The notes: a model not told the origin generated them from the letters alone. 64,000 bases of DNA from Rhodosorus marinus CCMP1338 (GCA_029953675.1 JAMWBK010000008.1:930001-994000); one strand, 5' to 3'; counted from the first letter of the stretch, positions 34,818-48,983 are shown. Numbers and translations are program-made.

Positions 34818-35706
34818 CTTGGTTTATGTACAAGAGTCTCGTTTCAGTACCCAAAAAAACAGCACACCTGCGTTCCGTCCTTCACCTCCGCTCTCGTCGC
34901 TGACCTCATGGACTAAACCGTCTTCCCGTCTTCACTTGGAGAGTCGACAGAGTGCATCAGTGGGTGATATCCGTTTGGATGCGACTTGGTCCGGCTCGTT
35001 TTAAGAAGTTCTAACAATGCATTCGAAAACTTCTAATGGTTTTTGCTTCAAGTCTACAGTCCAGGAGAAATAGACTACTCCGACCCCCAACCTCGTCTCG
35101 GGTTGCCACTGACCATGAGAGATTCTATTCACCAGTTTTCTAGTGGGGAGACCTCAATCGTTCAGTATCATTACAAAAGTTTCAGAAGGAACTCTTGGAT
35201 AACGATGAACTGCCGTCGGATGTATCTGACGTGCACCCCGACAATCCCCCGGGGCGGGGGGGGCGGGCAAAGTTGTACAGCCGCTGGTAATGGGTCTATC
35301 ACCCAATCCGGTACGGGCTGGTACTCAGCGGATTCTAGCTTCTAAATCCAATGAGACTCTTACCACAAGGCCACTAGATCCAGCAAGTTGACGTGATCAC
35401 ACAATGCCCAAGTTCGATGTGAAAGAGCTCCAGTTCGAAGTCGGTCTTGTTCAACCAAATATCCAAACCAAAAAGGACGAAACATGTTTTTTTCAAATTT
35501 CTTTAATACATTTCAACGACGGCGGTCTGAAGAGATTTTTCCTTCTATAATGGATCCGAAGGAGCGTTTTCGCCGTGCGGTACTTCGTCCCAGGGCCTTC
35601 GTGGACATCTTGTTAAGAGAGTAGAGAGACTGTTTATACTGAGTGAAAAGATGAACTTGTCTTGAGAAGGAGCAAGAGTGAAGCCGTGATATTGCGTTTG
35701 GTAGAG

Positions 35707-37060
35707 ATGCCAATCGTGTTTGATTCTCATCAAACTAAGCCATGGTTGGCAGTGGGCGGGAGAGGAGTTTTGTGTATATATAATTGGATATCACGGATAG
35801 TGGAGAAGGAGCTGAATGTAGAAGGGCCTCTGGTTCATGCGATCTTGCATGAGAATTATATTGCCGCTGTTTCAGATCTCAAACGGGTTTATTGCTGGCG
35901 GGTTGACGCGAATGGGGACTGTATTGACAAGATCACCAGAGTTGGTGAATAGTAAGTACAAATTTTCAAATCCTCCTGCGTGCGCGTGATATGTTTATTG
36001 TTGGGTTTGGGAAGGAATGAATATATGGATGATGACAAACCGGATTTTTGGACTAGAGTTTCCGAATCGTAGATTGTGACGATAACCCCCTTGGCTGTCT
36101 GATACTATTGATCCTTATAAGCCTTAGCATGCTGCTACTTCCATCTGTCTTGAATTGATCGCAAGGATTTCCCAGTTTCTAACCGTAATCATTTTTTCCG
36201 TACGGTTGGTTAGTCTGATGCCGAAGAGACTCACTTCAGTCTCAATCGTTCCAAATACAGATCACGTCCTAGTCAGCGATAAGACCGGCGACCTATGGCG
36301 TTTGAAACTCGAGACTGATGGATCCGATGCGGTGACAATAGAGGATGTCGAGGGAGGCACAAACGAGCCAGTACTGGGGCACTTTTCGGTGTTAACAGAT
36401 TTTGATGTCGTTGAAAGAGCAGTAGCGACTGCAGATCGAGATAACAAGATCCGGATTTCGAGGCTCCCAGATGCTTTCGTCGTAGACGCGTTTCTGCTCG
36501 GCCATCGAGAGTCGATCGCCCAGGTCAAGTTCGTAAGCAGTAGTCTTCTGGTGAGCAGCTCACTGGACGGGACGGTGCGATTGTGGGACTGTAAGAGCAT
36601 GGATCAGATGGATCGGATTGAACTCGAGGGAGAAGAGGTCGCTACGGGAATGTGTGTTCAAGCTGGTTCATTAGCAATGATTTGCCACGCACAACGTGAG
36701 TTGCTCTACAGCCCTTCAGTGTCAGTCGGCAACAAGCTGTCCGGTATTGTTCGTTTGCCCTTAAGTGCTGAACCGACGGGCTTGGCAATTGATATTCGCT
36801 CGCGTTTGTGGGTGAGCGCCAACGATGACAACGGAGATCTTGTAGTGAACGTGTTCTCCTGCAACGGAGTTGAGCCAAGTCGAAGCTTTGAGGACGAGCA
36901 GGCGCTTCAGAGAGCTCTTGCCGATCGTGGAGTTGCGGGAGAACCTGACGCGTTGATCAAGGGTGATATCCTGCTAGCACAGAAGAAGAAGCCCATAGTT
37001 GACAACTGGAAGGGAAAGAAGCGGAAGGTCGACTCAACAGTTACTCGACTTCTTCGATAA
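35707..37060 (+). CDS. TRM82: tRNA (guanine-N7)-methyltransferase non-catalytic WD40 subunit (Trm82/WDR4)
   Basis: PKRLTSV...VSDKTGDLW, LGHFSVLTD, TADRDNKIRIS and FLLGHRESI are diagnostic Trm82/WDR4 blocks; first exon 35707-~35951 splices via gtaagt. Confidence 0.85.
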
Positions 37061-37117
37061 ACTTACTTGAGGAGTCCGCAGCACCTTTTTTCGGTGAGCG
37101 ATTGCACTTGATAAACA

Positions 37118-37137
37118 TCTCTCTCTCTCTCTCTCTC
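37118..37137. repeat. (TC)10 microsatellite
   Basis: tctctctctctctctctctc read directly. Confidence 0.9.
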
Positions 37138-37861
37138 GCGTATTGTGAGTGTTGTGCGTGTTACACAAGGTCTAGCTTTGGCAAGGAAGATAGCAAAAGC
37201 TCCCTCTACTGCAATGGTCAACGCGTGTAGATTAGCTTACAACCGGAATCAATAACTTACATTCGGAGCCAAACCACGACCTGAGTCGGCACTGCTCACA
37301 ACACATGCTCTACAAACTGCGTGGAACTTTTTAACCATAGTACAAAGGCTTTCGTCCTATGTTTTCTAAGCATTTCGCTTTTCTCTCAGACTCCACAGAC
37401 GTAAGAGTCTACGAACATGAAGGAAGCGTCTTGAGCTGAGCACGAAGAAGCGAAAGTTTGGCAGTGCGGCTAGATCCGCGGCCCGGAAATATTTACTTTG
37501 GGAATATTTAACGTTCAATGATGACAGAACAACTTCGCCTCGCAAAATTGTTGCTTGGTCTAGAGAACAATTTACTGTATATATATATAACTAGTATGCA
37601 CATATTTTACATAGGACATGTTACCCTAGATTCCTGGCCTCCAAGAATTTCCGAAACCAACGAACAACCTCTTGAGGAATAAAAGCGTATGAGGTTTTCG
37701 TAACGTTGCTGTCCTCTGTACACTATTGCCTTACGCCGTTGGCACCCCTGCGCCACGGTCTGGGTGAATGTCCATCTGCTCTAGGGTTTGTAACTTCCTC
37801 ATGCTGCTGTCAAAGTTCAATTGTGATTGAGATGTTGTAGGGATGCCACAGCATAGGAAAC

Positions 37862-40131
37862 TCATAGAGGCAGCTCCAAAATTGACCGCTCTTCCTCCTG
37901 GAGAATGTGCTCGTACTGCTCAAGCTGCTCCCAGAAACCTGGATTGGGTTTGATCACATCTCTTCTGGCCTTCGCAAATCTATGGGCGCCGGACGAGACA
38001 ACATCCACAGGGTTCTCAGTGCTCTGGGTAGTTTGTAGTAGATCAAACTGGGACTAAAGGCTTACACATATGCGTCTTCCAACGTCAAGCCGTAGGTCTT
38101 CATCAAATAAGCTACGACGACAGATGCAGACCTGCTGACACCCATCTGACAGTGGACGAGGATACTCGACCCAACCAGGCGTGCTTCCGTTATGAAGTCC
38201 ACGGCGGGGTCGAGGTGACTCAAGAGGTCTTCGTCTGGACTGTCTCGTATTTCACGTCGCATGTAGTTGAAGTCCTCAGGAAAGAAGATACCAATCTCGG
38301 TAGACATGTTGAGGATGTACTTGCAGCCCTGTACAACGAGCACGAACCGTCAGCAACAAGAAACTTCTCCATGGCTCAACGGTCCACCAGAGAACACTGT
38401 AGCTTTGGGCAAGACGAATTTTCCTACCTTGCTCTCTAGCTCCTCTTTATGCGACGCATTCCATTCAGTACCCAAATAGAGAAAACCGTCAAGTATCTCA
38501 CTTGCCTCCTCCATCTGACCAAGGACCATTAGGAGTTTCTCATCTATAAGAGGCTTGTACATCTGCTTCATGTCCATCTCAAAGACCGCCGCAAGCTCAG
38601 CATATACAGTCTTGAAGGTTACGTTATCGAGGTCTTCCTTGAATGCGCTAAGGATGTCCCTCATGGCCTGTACGATTCGTGCTTCTTGCTCCTCGTCCGC
38701 CAGGCCCGTTAGAAACGAGCCCTGGGTTGTATCTGCTTCAATCTCATGTCGCGAAATGAACTTGCTGGGAATTTTGACGCATGTTCCACCTTCACTCATG
38801 TGAGCACCTGCGAACATACCTCGATCTTCAAGAAACTGATCATAGAACTCAAGCCACTTATGCGTCCGCCCATGGTTTTGCAACACTCGATGTTCCTTCG
38901 CAAGGCGTGTGAAGTTGTTCAAAGCGTTCATTGTAGTCCACATCGACTGCAATGAGGGAAGCTGAAGCTCGAACTCCTCCTCGTTAGTTTGGCTGGATAT
39001 GAACAAGTTTCCATCACCGCTTGTGGTTGCACCCATATCCCCCCACATGGGAATAACGAATCGCAAGTTTAGCTTGGTCACGTCCTCTTCCGCGGGGTTG
39101 ATCAAGAACAAGGCGCTCTCATACTTTTTGACCTATGCCGATGTGAGACGTCGCCGATAGTCAGCCATACATAGTTCTTAGTCGTGTTTCCAGTTGGTAG
39201 GCAGTCAGCTCTGGCTGTTCTGCAACGCGCATAAAGGAGTCCTATCTACTTGCCTTGTTAAATATCAGAGCCAAAAAGCATGTTTCACTTGACAGGCCCT
39301 CGTAACGATGTTCAACCCTGGGTATTTCTACAACAAGGGGAACCGACTCGCTGCGGTGGATTGAAGATAGTAGAGCTTGCAGCGTGTAGTACATTGGGGT
39401 TGTGCGGTGCTCGAACTGGGCCACCATGTTCTTCAACGTGTTCGTTCTCGTACTTCTGAGCTGAGATAAGTCCGCGCTGTCTGGCGCTGCAAAATTAAGC
39501 CTTGGGTGGCCAACGAGTTCTCAACCCTCTTAGAAACCTGGTGAATCAAGCGCAGGGATGGTGGAGAATGAACAGCGTACCTCAAGTATGTTTGATTCAG
39601 GTTTTCAGCGACGTGACGACTTGTCGCGAAGGAATACTTGTGCAGTCCAGCCCCGACGGTGGACATCTTTCTCCAGCTCTTAGTCCGCGTATCTAGTTGT
39701 GCTGTGGTCGCGCTATCGATGTACGAATCCTCAGTCTCAGTCAGTACTACATCCGCGACGCTGTTCAAGTCCAGAATGTCCGGTGGGCCCTTGTATTCAG
39801 GTGATTGCAGAGTCCTCGTGAGATTGTCTCGGTCCTGAATCGCACTTTGTCGTTTTTCGATCTGGGACCTTAACGGTGCGACGAGCCCGGGATTGTCTTC
39901 GAGGGGATGGGCTCCATTTTCATTCTCAGAGTATTCTGCAACTAGCTTGGACACAGACGTATCGCCCTCGCGAGGAGCTGCGTTGCTGTCCTCCTGCTCG
40001 TCTGAGAAAGCTTTTGCTCTCTCACTCACCGACTGAGGTACGTTGCTTTCCCCCGGATCAGATCCACGCACCCTTTGCTGTAACTTTGAACCATTCCGGA
40101 TCCAGCTTCCATCATCGCTCCATCGCTCCAT
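37862..40131 (-). CDS. SSH: Slingshot-like dual-specificity phosphatase (SSH-N + DEK_C + DSPc), multi-exon
   Basis: FVIPMWGD...GDGNLFIS...SLQSMWTTM...KWLEFY (SSH-N), IVQAMRDIL...LDNVTFKTVYAEL...LIDEKLLMVLGQME (DEK_C), FLYLGTEWNAS, HCQMGVSRSASVVVAYLMK (HCx5R) and IKPNPGFWEQLEQYE. 5' end uncertain. Confidence 0.8.
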
Positions 40132-40876
40132 TCTAGTTGACAATGCTCCCCGTTCCAAACCCTCTACTTACACAGAGTAGAGCCACAACTATTCCGAGAA
40201 AACAAACAATCTCCAAAACATCCAGTTCAAGCTAAGACAAACTTGTATCATCCATGACTAGTCAACGTGATCAGTGCTCATCAAAAACCTTTAAAAGTGA
40301 CAACATCATCACGATTCTCCCACACCAACCCCCTACCGCTCCCAACCTCCTCCCTTTCCCAAATCCAAACCTGAAACCAAATCCAACCGACCAAACTCCG
40401 CATTTACGCTCAGTAAAAATTTCAAAAACTTTTTCAAGACCAAATCTTGGAAATGGAAAACGGCGAATGCTACACGTGATTTATTCCCGTTTCTTCCAAA
40501 ATTCAATGTTGAACTTGAAATTTAAATACTTTTGTATCGCTTGATCTGCGATGGTCACCCGTCTCGACGTACGATGACATTTCATTCTGGAAATTTCTGT
40601 GCTTATAGAGTGAAGTTTGGGAGTTATTGGGGTCGGGGTCTGAGAACAGCACTGATGTGGGTGTACGGACTATTTAGAGATATAGGTGATTTCCAGGGTT
40701 CAGGCTCGAGAAAATTTGGATACAAGTCTTCTCGTGGTGATGAGGTCTGATCTAGCGCAGTTTTACCGGCTCGTGTTCAAGCAGAGGGCGTGGATAAGTT
40801 GTCCAAAGTTAGAGACGCCGTCCCGCCTGGAAGGGATTTTGGAGCTGGGAGAACAGTGAGGACTCTTGTGCAAATT

Positions 40877-42531
40877 TTACGGCCAAGGTTTACGGCTCAG
40901 CTTAGGGATTGTCTGGTTAGGTGGATTGAGATCTTTCCAAGTATACACTCCGTTCAACCCAAGAAAGTCGGCAGGAACAGACAGAACGCAGGTTTTAGTA
41001 TTCAACACTGGATTGATGATCTGGCAGTTTGGAACCTGCGCTCTGCGCCGGAGGATGTGGGAGGGGAAGCAGTCCATCAGGATGGCAGGATAGCTTCCCA
41101 AGACCAGGTCTTTCGGGGTAAGGCGGTTCTTGTAGACAAGCAGTTCGAAATGTGTCTCGCGAGAATAACCTTTGACTGCTTCCACAATCAGGTGCCCTCA
41201 TACCTAGCCTCCCAGTGCTTTCACGTGGATGTCTCACTCTGAGCATTTGCGTCCCAAGCGTCATTGCGCTGGACATTGACTGTCGTGAAATACCCGATCG
41301 ATGGCGACAAAAAGAGAGGTTGTGCTGGGCAGGGTAAGCTTGAGGAAGAACGTCCAGACTTGTTCTTGCAAAAAAAGATTAGGAAATGGATCAGCGTAGG
41401 AAAAAACTCAAGTAGAGCACAGACTTTCAATACTTGCTGACATGGTAAAGTGGACCTTAGGCAGAGAAAGAAGGGATCTCCAAGACAAGACAGGGAGGAT
41501 TGTTTTGACAATTGGCAGCACGTTTATGCGAAGGAGGCGTTTGTAAAAGGTCCAGCAATACAGTCTTCCATAGCTGTCCCTGTCTGTCAGTTCCTTGCAT
41601 TACAATCCCGATGGCAAGCGACGGCGTTGAAATGCTCTCACAAAGCACTGCAGCGGTTCGCAGATTTCCTCCTTGCGAGCAGCTGGACCCGTTGTCAGCA
41701 AGCCAGATTCCCGCAAAGTCTTGAAGAGTGTCTCCAACAAACCATCGCGGAAAGTGTTATGCTTTTCACCCATACTACGAGGTTGGATTCTACCAGAGTT
41801 CCGGACTTTCTATCGGAGCCATTTCAGCGCCTACTACTTGTTCCACAGCATGTGATGAGACACGAGCGCGTCAGTCTCAGGCGGCATCTGAGTAGAAAAC
41901 GCAAGCTGGTGGTATTGTAACGACATTGGCACCTATGCCCCGGTCCCTACAGCTTAGTCATGTTTCACGATTCGTCGCGCAGGAGCTCGATAATTATCTG
42001 CAATCCAATTCTGATGCCTGCAGTGGCCGAGTCATCCAACGCAGAGTCAAAACTATGAAAGTCACCACCAGCGGTCAGCTGCTGGCGACCGGCGGCTTCT
42101 TCAAAATGTCGATTGAACAAGAAAGTCCGAGAAAATCAATCCTAGGTAACTCCTATTGTTTCCTGCAGTCAAGGTGTCCAAAGTGAAACTGCTGATTCGA
42201 TTCCTAAATTAACCAATCGGAAAGGACACAGATACAGGCCCTCAGATGATGTCCACGAAATGGTGGACAACGTCGACGAGATCCTTGAAACAGGACCGAA
42301 GTACTTCAACTCAATGAGAACATTACAGAGAAATGCTCCAACGCTCTTATTGCATCTGGAAGACATTCTTAAGAAGTCGCTCGCGAATTGCACCACCTCA
42401 AAGGGCTGAAAGCTGCCTCCATGCCGCATGGTTTTCATCATGTGAACCAGACGAATCAATCGCTTTGGTAAGAATTCTCATGTACGCCGAGAGACATCGC
42501 CCAATGTCCGTCGGGGGTTCGGGGGTGCCAT
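40877..42531 (-). CDS. Probable multi-exon gene of unrecognised function
   Basis: Several coding-like minus-strand segments (42169-42459; 40877-41185 ending ...SRKPWP*), a possible ATG at 42531 followed by a gtacat donor. No consistent model or family could be fixed. Confidence 0.3.
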
Positions 42532-43071
42532 TATTAAAATAATGCCGTCAGAGACAAAACGATACCATAATACGAAACTCTGCTGTCATCCGAACCCCGC
42601 TAGCACCCTCGAGGTCGAAGTCCATATGCTCCTCCACCTCTCCGCCAAAGTATTACCAACGCTCCCTTCAAAAATAATCATAAAACACATCCACAACCTT
42701 CTTCAACATTTTGTATCTAATTATTATCATTAAAGCAAAATTCTAACTCAATGTTTAAAACACTACTACGAGATCATATTTGGTTTGATTGAATTTATGA
42801 AATAACTATAAAGGGGGAACTTTTACTCAGTGTTTGTTCTTGGCCCTTGGCGTTCAAAATTTCTGTAGGAAAGTGAGGGATTGAAGCAGTTGAGGGAAGT
42901 GACGGGTTTTGATGCGCATGTGAGCTGTGTGTAGTTCAAGGTTATGTGGGGTATAAATTTGGATTCTGGAAGAGGTCTGCGAGTTTTAAGCTCTTTGGTA
43001 AGGTCATTTGCTTCTTCTCATTGGGATTGCTGGTAACCGCGTGATTTTTGGGCTTTCTTGTTGTGCTTGCA

Positions 43072-43847
43072 ATGGAGAGGTCAAAGGGGCTGGACCACGA
43101 GGAAGTTGCACGGTTTGTAGCTTCCTTATCAGACTATCATCCGGTTATTCCTGATGAGCTTGTGAGGTACTATTTGGTATGCATTTCCTCGTATAAACAT
43201 GTAGTCTTAGTAACGAAGTATTGGTATGAGAACTAATGCAGTGCTTGTTGAACCTGTAGGCGAAGTCTGGGTTTCAATGCGATGACGTGAGAGTTGAAAG
43301 TATGTCCTCTACTGAGACAAGCCGCGCGAGATTCAGAATTTCGGATTTTCGAGGAGGTTAATACTGACTTGTTTGCCTCATGCTTAACAGGACTTGTGGC
43401 TTTAGCAGCTCAGAAATTCCTCGCTGACGTCTGCCTGGAGGCGCTTTCTCACGCGCGATCAAGACAGGTTTGCGCTAATTATCATTCGTACATACTCGGT
43501 ATGAGCAACTCCTTGACGGTTTTGACAAATCCCTGTTGCATCTATAGCACGCCATTCCAGGAAAAGGAAAACAGGCAATCGACACGAGGCTCGTTCTAAG
43601 CACTGAGGATCTTGAACGCGCTTTACGTGAATATGGAGTGAACATGCAGAAGCCTCCGTATTATGCTGATAGGTGAGGAAGGAAAAGGGAACGTGCATAT
43701 TGGTACGCATGTGAACTCACGAGTTTGCTGTGCGTCCAACTTGCTAGTGAGGTGATCGGCGAACCGGAATCTAGTCCTTCCCGCCCTAGAGAACAGCAGG
43801 GCCAAGCACCAGTAAGCGGAGCCGCGAGTGAACCTAAGCAAAGCTGA
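43072..43847 (+). CDS. TAF10: Transcription initiation factor TFIID subunit 10, multi-exon
   Basis: LSDYHPVIPDELVRYYL|AKSGFQCDDVR...LVALAAQKFLADV...LVLSTEDLERALREYGVNMQKPPYY (TAF10 histone fold). Confidence 0.92.
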
Positions 43848-45836
43848 TCAAGCTCTAAGATTCTGCGAGATCCTTGTTGAGAAGGTTGTGGCCAGCTCGC
43901 CTCAGCTTTAAACTGCCCGGGATTCAGAGAGTGCTTCCGCGGGCTTTGCTCGAAAAAAATGTGGATATTCTGTCAAAAGGCTTCCTTTTCTTGCTCCATG
44001 TTTGTTTTTTGTAAAATTAAGAACACTATTGCGGTTGAATTCGTATCTGGCGCTATTCTTCGTGGTTCAGAAACTTTCACTTACGCGCGACACGGCAGAA
44101 TGATGCTGATGACCAAAAGCTCTTGCCTTAATGGTAGCTCAGAGAAGGCAGTTCAACGCTAGCACTGTGGACAAGGGCCAGGGAGGGCGCGCTTCTTCTC
44201 AAGGCTATGGTTACTCGTAGACATAGCTTCGCGAATCCTTTGACAATCTGCAATCGATCACACGCCTTTTCAACGGAAGCAGCAGGCTCCAGTGGAACAA
44301 CATGATCATCGCGCGAGGTGGATCACAACCAGCATAGAGTTAAAACTAGGTCTAAATCTCCAGTCCGCGTGCGAAATGACTTTCTGCAGTTTAGGAGAAA
44401 TCGCATCGGGTGTCTCGTCTATAATATTATGTGAAGCCTCATCACGAGGTCGTCAAGCCGAGCTAGTGCGAGACACAACAATGATCCAGATTTTGCACAG
44501 ACACACCAGGGTTTTTACTCTGGTGATCTCGCAGGTCAGCTTTCTTGGTCGCCAGCTCCAGCCTCCGAAAGGAAGCAGTAGTGAGTACAATAGAGTATCA
44601 TAGAGTATCTATTGCACTCAGTACGCTAAGCAGCTTCTTATCTCAATACTGGATTTGAGAAAATGCCGTTGTGCTTCCTCATAAATACACACGATAAGCG
44701 TATTCCTAAACATTTGGTCACATGTGTGATCACGTGTGAACGGACTACGGTCGGGCGGGACCTCATGCCCGCACCCTGTCAGTAAAACCATCCCGATCCT
44801 CCACCAACTTCGTTCCGATCAACATTAACTTAAAGGTATAAACGATATAATGATCATAAATATCGCATATACGTTCAATATATTGCGTCTACAAACCATC
44901 TATCTCACCCTTGAGCCGGGTCTGTTCGGGCGTTGAGTCTACTCCGTTTATCATGTTATTCTTTTCTTTTTTGAATGGTTCTCAACATTTGATCCTGTTC
45001 TTTTACCCCTCATATCCACCCCCATAAAAGATCCTTCTAGGAGAAATTTCTTGCTTACAATTCCTGAAGGGGGGTATCCCACAAACACATGTTGGAAGAT
45101 AAAGTTATACTTTTGTAATAAAATATGATATTGAAGCATTTCAAAGCCCCGTCAAAAGGGTTTAATCAACATGCTCTAGGGGTGGGAAGAGTTTCATATA
45201 ATCTATAGAGTTTCAGAAATAGGTGGATTATTATACATATTTTCAAGATTTGATGAAATGGGTTGAGACATAACCTACCCCCTAGTGAAAATGCGATTTT
45301 CAGGTTTGATTTGCGACGAGAAAGAAACAAGCGCGTTATGCCAAACAGGATGATTTTGGGTATATATGGACATGTTTGGAAGCTTTGGGGTGGTGAGGAA
45401 GGAGTGGGAGAGAGTGAAGGGGGATTATGGAATAGGGCAGTTTGAAGGAGAGGTATTATAGAAAGTGGAAAAGGACGTAGGTGAACACAGTGAGGATAAT
45501 ATTGGGAGTGATCTGATGTGGATGTAACGAGGCAGATCGGTTTTGTTTTGAATTTCCCGAGCCCAGTTTTTGTTGAGATCGGTCCATATTGTCGCCTGTT
45601 TTTCTTGTGTGAGAGCGGAGTAGAGTGCGGAGACATTTCCCCTTTTTTGGAAAATCACAGCGAGTCAGTATCCCGTCGCTCGTACTCTGACAATTTATAA
45701 TTGATCAGGGTGGTCGTGCATACCACTCGATCTGTGCGAGGCGCTTTTTGCTGTCGAGAACACTTTTCCAGCCCGCATTGACAAGCTGTCCAGAAAGCTT
45801 TAAGTCGGGTCTTGCTCATAACATCTCGTGTTAGAC

Positions 45837-48800
45837 ATGAGTGAAAACGTTGACAGCGGCTCAGGTCCGCAATCAGCAGCCGCCGAGGATGCACAGGCCA
45901 GCGTTTTGGGGGCCACGCAAGACGAGAACAAAACGCAAGATGAAGCATTAGTTGAAAAGAGTAGCTCACCTGCAACTGGCTCTGTGGTTGCGCAGCCGAC
46001 AGAAAGTTCAAACGTTGATACTGGCGCCTCGGCTGCCGCAGACATGGGAAATCCCAACTCAGAAATAGTTGAGTCGGCTCCAGTCGCTGAGACTGCGATT
46101 CCTGCTGCAGGTTCCCAACAGACGGAGAGTGGTCAACCTGAGGGTGGGCTCCAGCCAAGCATCCCGCTTAACAGTGTTGACGCACAGGGACTGCAAGGAC
46201 TACTTTCGCTTACACAACAAGCACTTCAACATGCCCCAGCTCTCCAAACTCTTGTCTCAGGAGCGGAAACAAACGAGGCAACCCCGAGCGAACAACCCAA
46301 GGGGGCAACCGAACCCTCCGTAGCACAGTCAAGCGACACTCCACATCCGAGCACAGAGGAAACTGCCGGTATTGCGCAGGAACCACCTGCACCGATTGTT
46401 GAAGCACCTTCAGCTACCGCTGTTCAAAGTCAGCAGGCTGAGCCGAACACAGAGGCTGAGTCGAACACAGAGGCAGAGTCGAACGCGGAGGCCACAACAG
46501 CAGAACAAACTAGCGCCGCAAAGTTTCATGCGGAGCCAGTGAATGAAGCCCAGCAGGGAGAAGCAGTCGCCTCTCCAGTAACCCTGTCCGAGGGAGCCAT
46601 TAATGCCTCCGAAGCACCAGCGCAAGCTCCAGCGCAAGCACCAGCTGTTGACGTCAGTAACAACGCCCTCGAAACCGGACTTTCTGTGGAGGAGTTGGAT
46701 GTAGTGCCGCAGAGGAAAGTACAATCTAGTGAGCCTGTAGAGGCGATGGACAACGATGATGAAGTAACTGGGGAAATTGAGGAAACTCTTGACAGAGGTG
46801 CTGCTGGCTCGATTCCATTCGGCGAAGATCTTAGCTTCAAGAAAGGAAGCGGGGAAGTTGAGATGTCTGAGATTCCAAGTGGATCTGGACATGAGGCTCC
46901 TCCCCCTCCTCCTCCTGCAACTATTGACAGGAGGGGTGACCGAATGGTTTGCATTGCTGAGCGCGGCTGGCTTACTCTCCTATAGAATTCTCTGAAGATC
47001 TCACGTGGGTCCTTGTATGTTTTGTGGAACCAGGACCGGGGCGGCCGTCAAAGACACCCTCCAAATTCGAGAGTATTCATCGGAAACCTGGCGAGCGAGA
47101 ACTTAACAAAGCAAGAGGTTGTGGACGTCTTTGAAAAGTATGGCCGACTGGTTGAAGAACCGGTTATGAGGTATGTCGCTAGCCCTTTTTTTGCTCAGGT
47201 ATCGGTGAATCGTGGATGACTGATCGTCATCACTTCGCCCGTGTGTGCAGGAGAAGCTTTGGATTTGTGCAGTACTCAAGCCAGGCTGCTGCAGCAGAGG
47301 CCATTCGCTGCGAGCAGGGAAAGATTTTGGGAGGGCGTCGGATTGATCTTTCCTTTGCGGACAACCGGGATCCTCGAAGGACCAACGAGGGAGGGCGGCA
47401 CGGTCGTCGAGATGATGAACGTGACGGCAGAGGCCGCGAGGACAGACACAGGAGAGATGGAGGGTATGATAATGACCGCAGAAAGCGTAGGCGCTCGGTC
47501 TCTCCTCGTGGTAGAGGCTTTGGGAATGAGAGTGGTCGGAAGCGAAGACCTGACCCTGTGAATGGGATTAAGGTCCGCATTCTGGTAATGGGGTCACACG
47601 CTAGAGACTACGCGTCACAGTGCGAATACATAATCAGGTATGCTATTTGCAGCTTCAGAAATACGACTGAGCTTGTCTCGAAGCATGCGCAATCGAATAG
47701 TTGGAGAAATGGTTGCTCAAATGGTTGCTAAAATGGTTGTCCTGAACAACCCCCTTGAATTTGCAGGAGCTTGCTGATGCTGTCAACGGATTTCGAGCAA
47801 ATCGATTCTTCGAAATTGGGCGAGTCGTTGCGTCGTTCGAGAGACCAAAATGTCCCGTATGTCATTGTTGTTTCCAGTCGCGATGAAGAGAAGAAAACCT
47901 GCACAATCAGGACGCTGGAGGCAACAGGATATGAGAAGGCAAAGTCGGAGAAAGGTGTAATTGGCTTTCGTGAGGCTTTGGACGTGTTGGTGGCAGATGA
48001 GGGTCGGAATCCACTGCCTCCGGATTTTACTATTCAGTGGAGTAAGTTTGGGGCTGAACACGTAGCTGCGGGCTTTCGTTTGTCAGAGGAGCGCTGCTTG
48101 AAGAGCATTTTTTCCATGAGCACTTGGTACTAAACATTATCTTTCCTCTTCAATGCTAACAGGTGCACTGAGCGATGCAGCAAGTTTCGGAATGAACAGG
48201 GGCAACGTTGCACAACAAGGAAGAGCTGACGAGGGATACGGACAACAAAGAGGCTTGTCGGGGATGCCCGGAGGGCTTCCTCCAGGTGGACTTCCACAAC
48301 AACTTGGCGGTTTTGTTCCACCTATGGGCGTTTACGACGGAATGGGAGCTCAGCCAAGCGTACCCCCAGTTGGTAGGGGCGGTGATCCCCGCACAAGATT
48401 TGACCGAGGATCGAACGCACCGCCGATGAACGTAATGGGAGGAGGAGCCGATGTTGGTGGTGGAAGTGCACCAGGTGAACCTGGTGGCATAGATCTTAAA
48501 CTTTTCTCCCAGTTGAGCCAGGGAGGGATGCTCCCACCCCAGCAGATGATGCAGCAGTCTCAGCAGCAACCGTCAATACCGCAGGGGCCCATGCCCGGCG
48601 GAAGCGATGGGCCACAGCTTAATGGTGGTACCCAGGGAGCTGGTGTTCCTCAGCAGCTGGACTTGTCGAAGATCACGAACCTTCTCTCCACCTTCACTCA
48701 ACTCCAGCAGATGCAGCAGCAGCAAACTCCTGCGCAGCCATCGGCAACTGGTGCTCAGCTTCCTCAGAATGCCACTCAACAGCTGCTGGCTTCTCTTGGC

Positions 48801-48983
48801 CGTTTCGGTGGACCTGGTGGTGCAGCGGGAAGCCAACCTGTTGCTCAGCCTCAGCAGGCTCCACCGTCACAGGCCCCGCAGCCACAACAGCAACAGCAAC
48901 AGCCGGGGCTTAACCTCCTGCAGCTTCTTCAGCAGCAACAGCTACAGCAGCAACAGCATCAACCTCCACAGTACCGAAGATAG
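45837..48983 (+). CDS. RRM + anticodon-binding-like domain protein (NCOA5/Nab3-like) with acidic N-terminus and Q/P/G-rich C-terminus
   Basis: NSRVFIGNLAS...VFEKYGRL and RSFGFVQY (RRM RNP2/RNP1), an RD-rich linker, LGESLRRSRDQNVPYVIVVSSRDEEKKTCTIR (HGTP anticodon-binding-like), polyQ tail. Confidence 0.7.
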
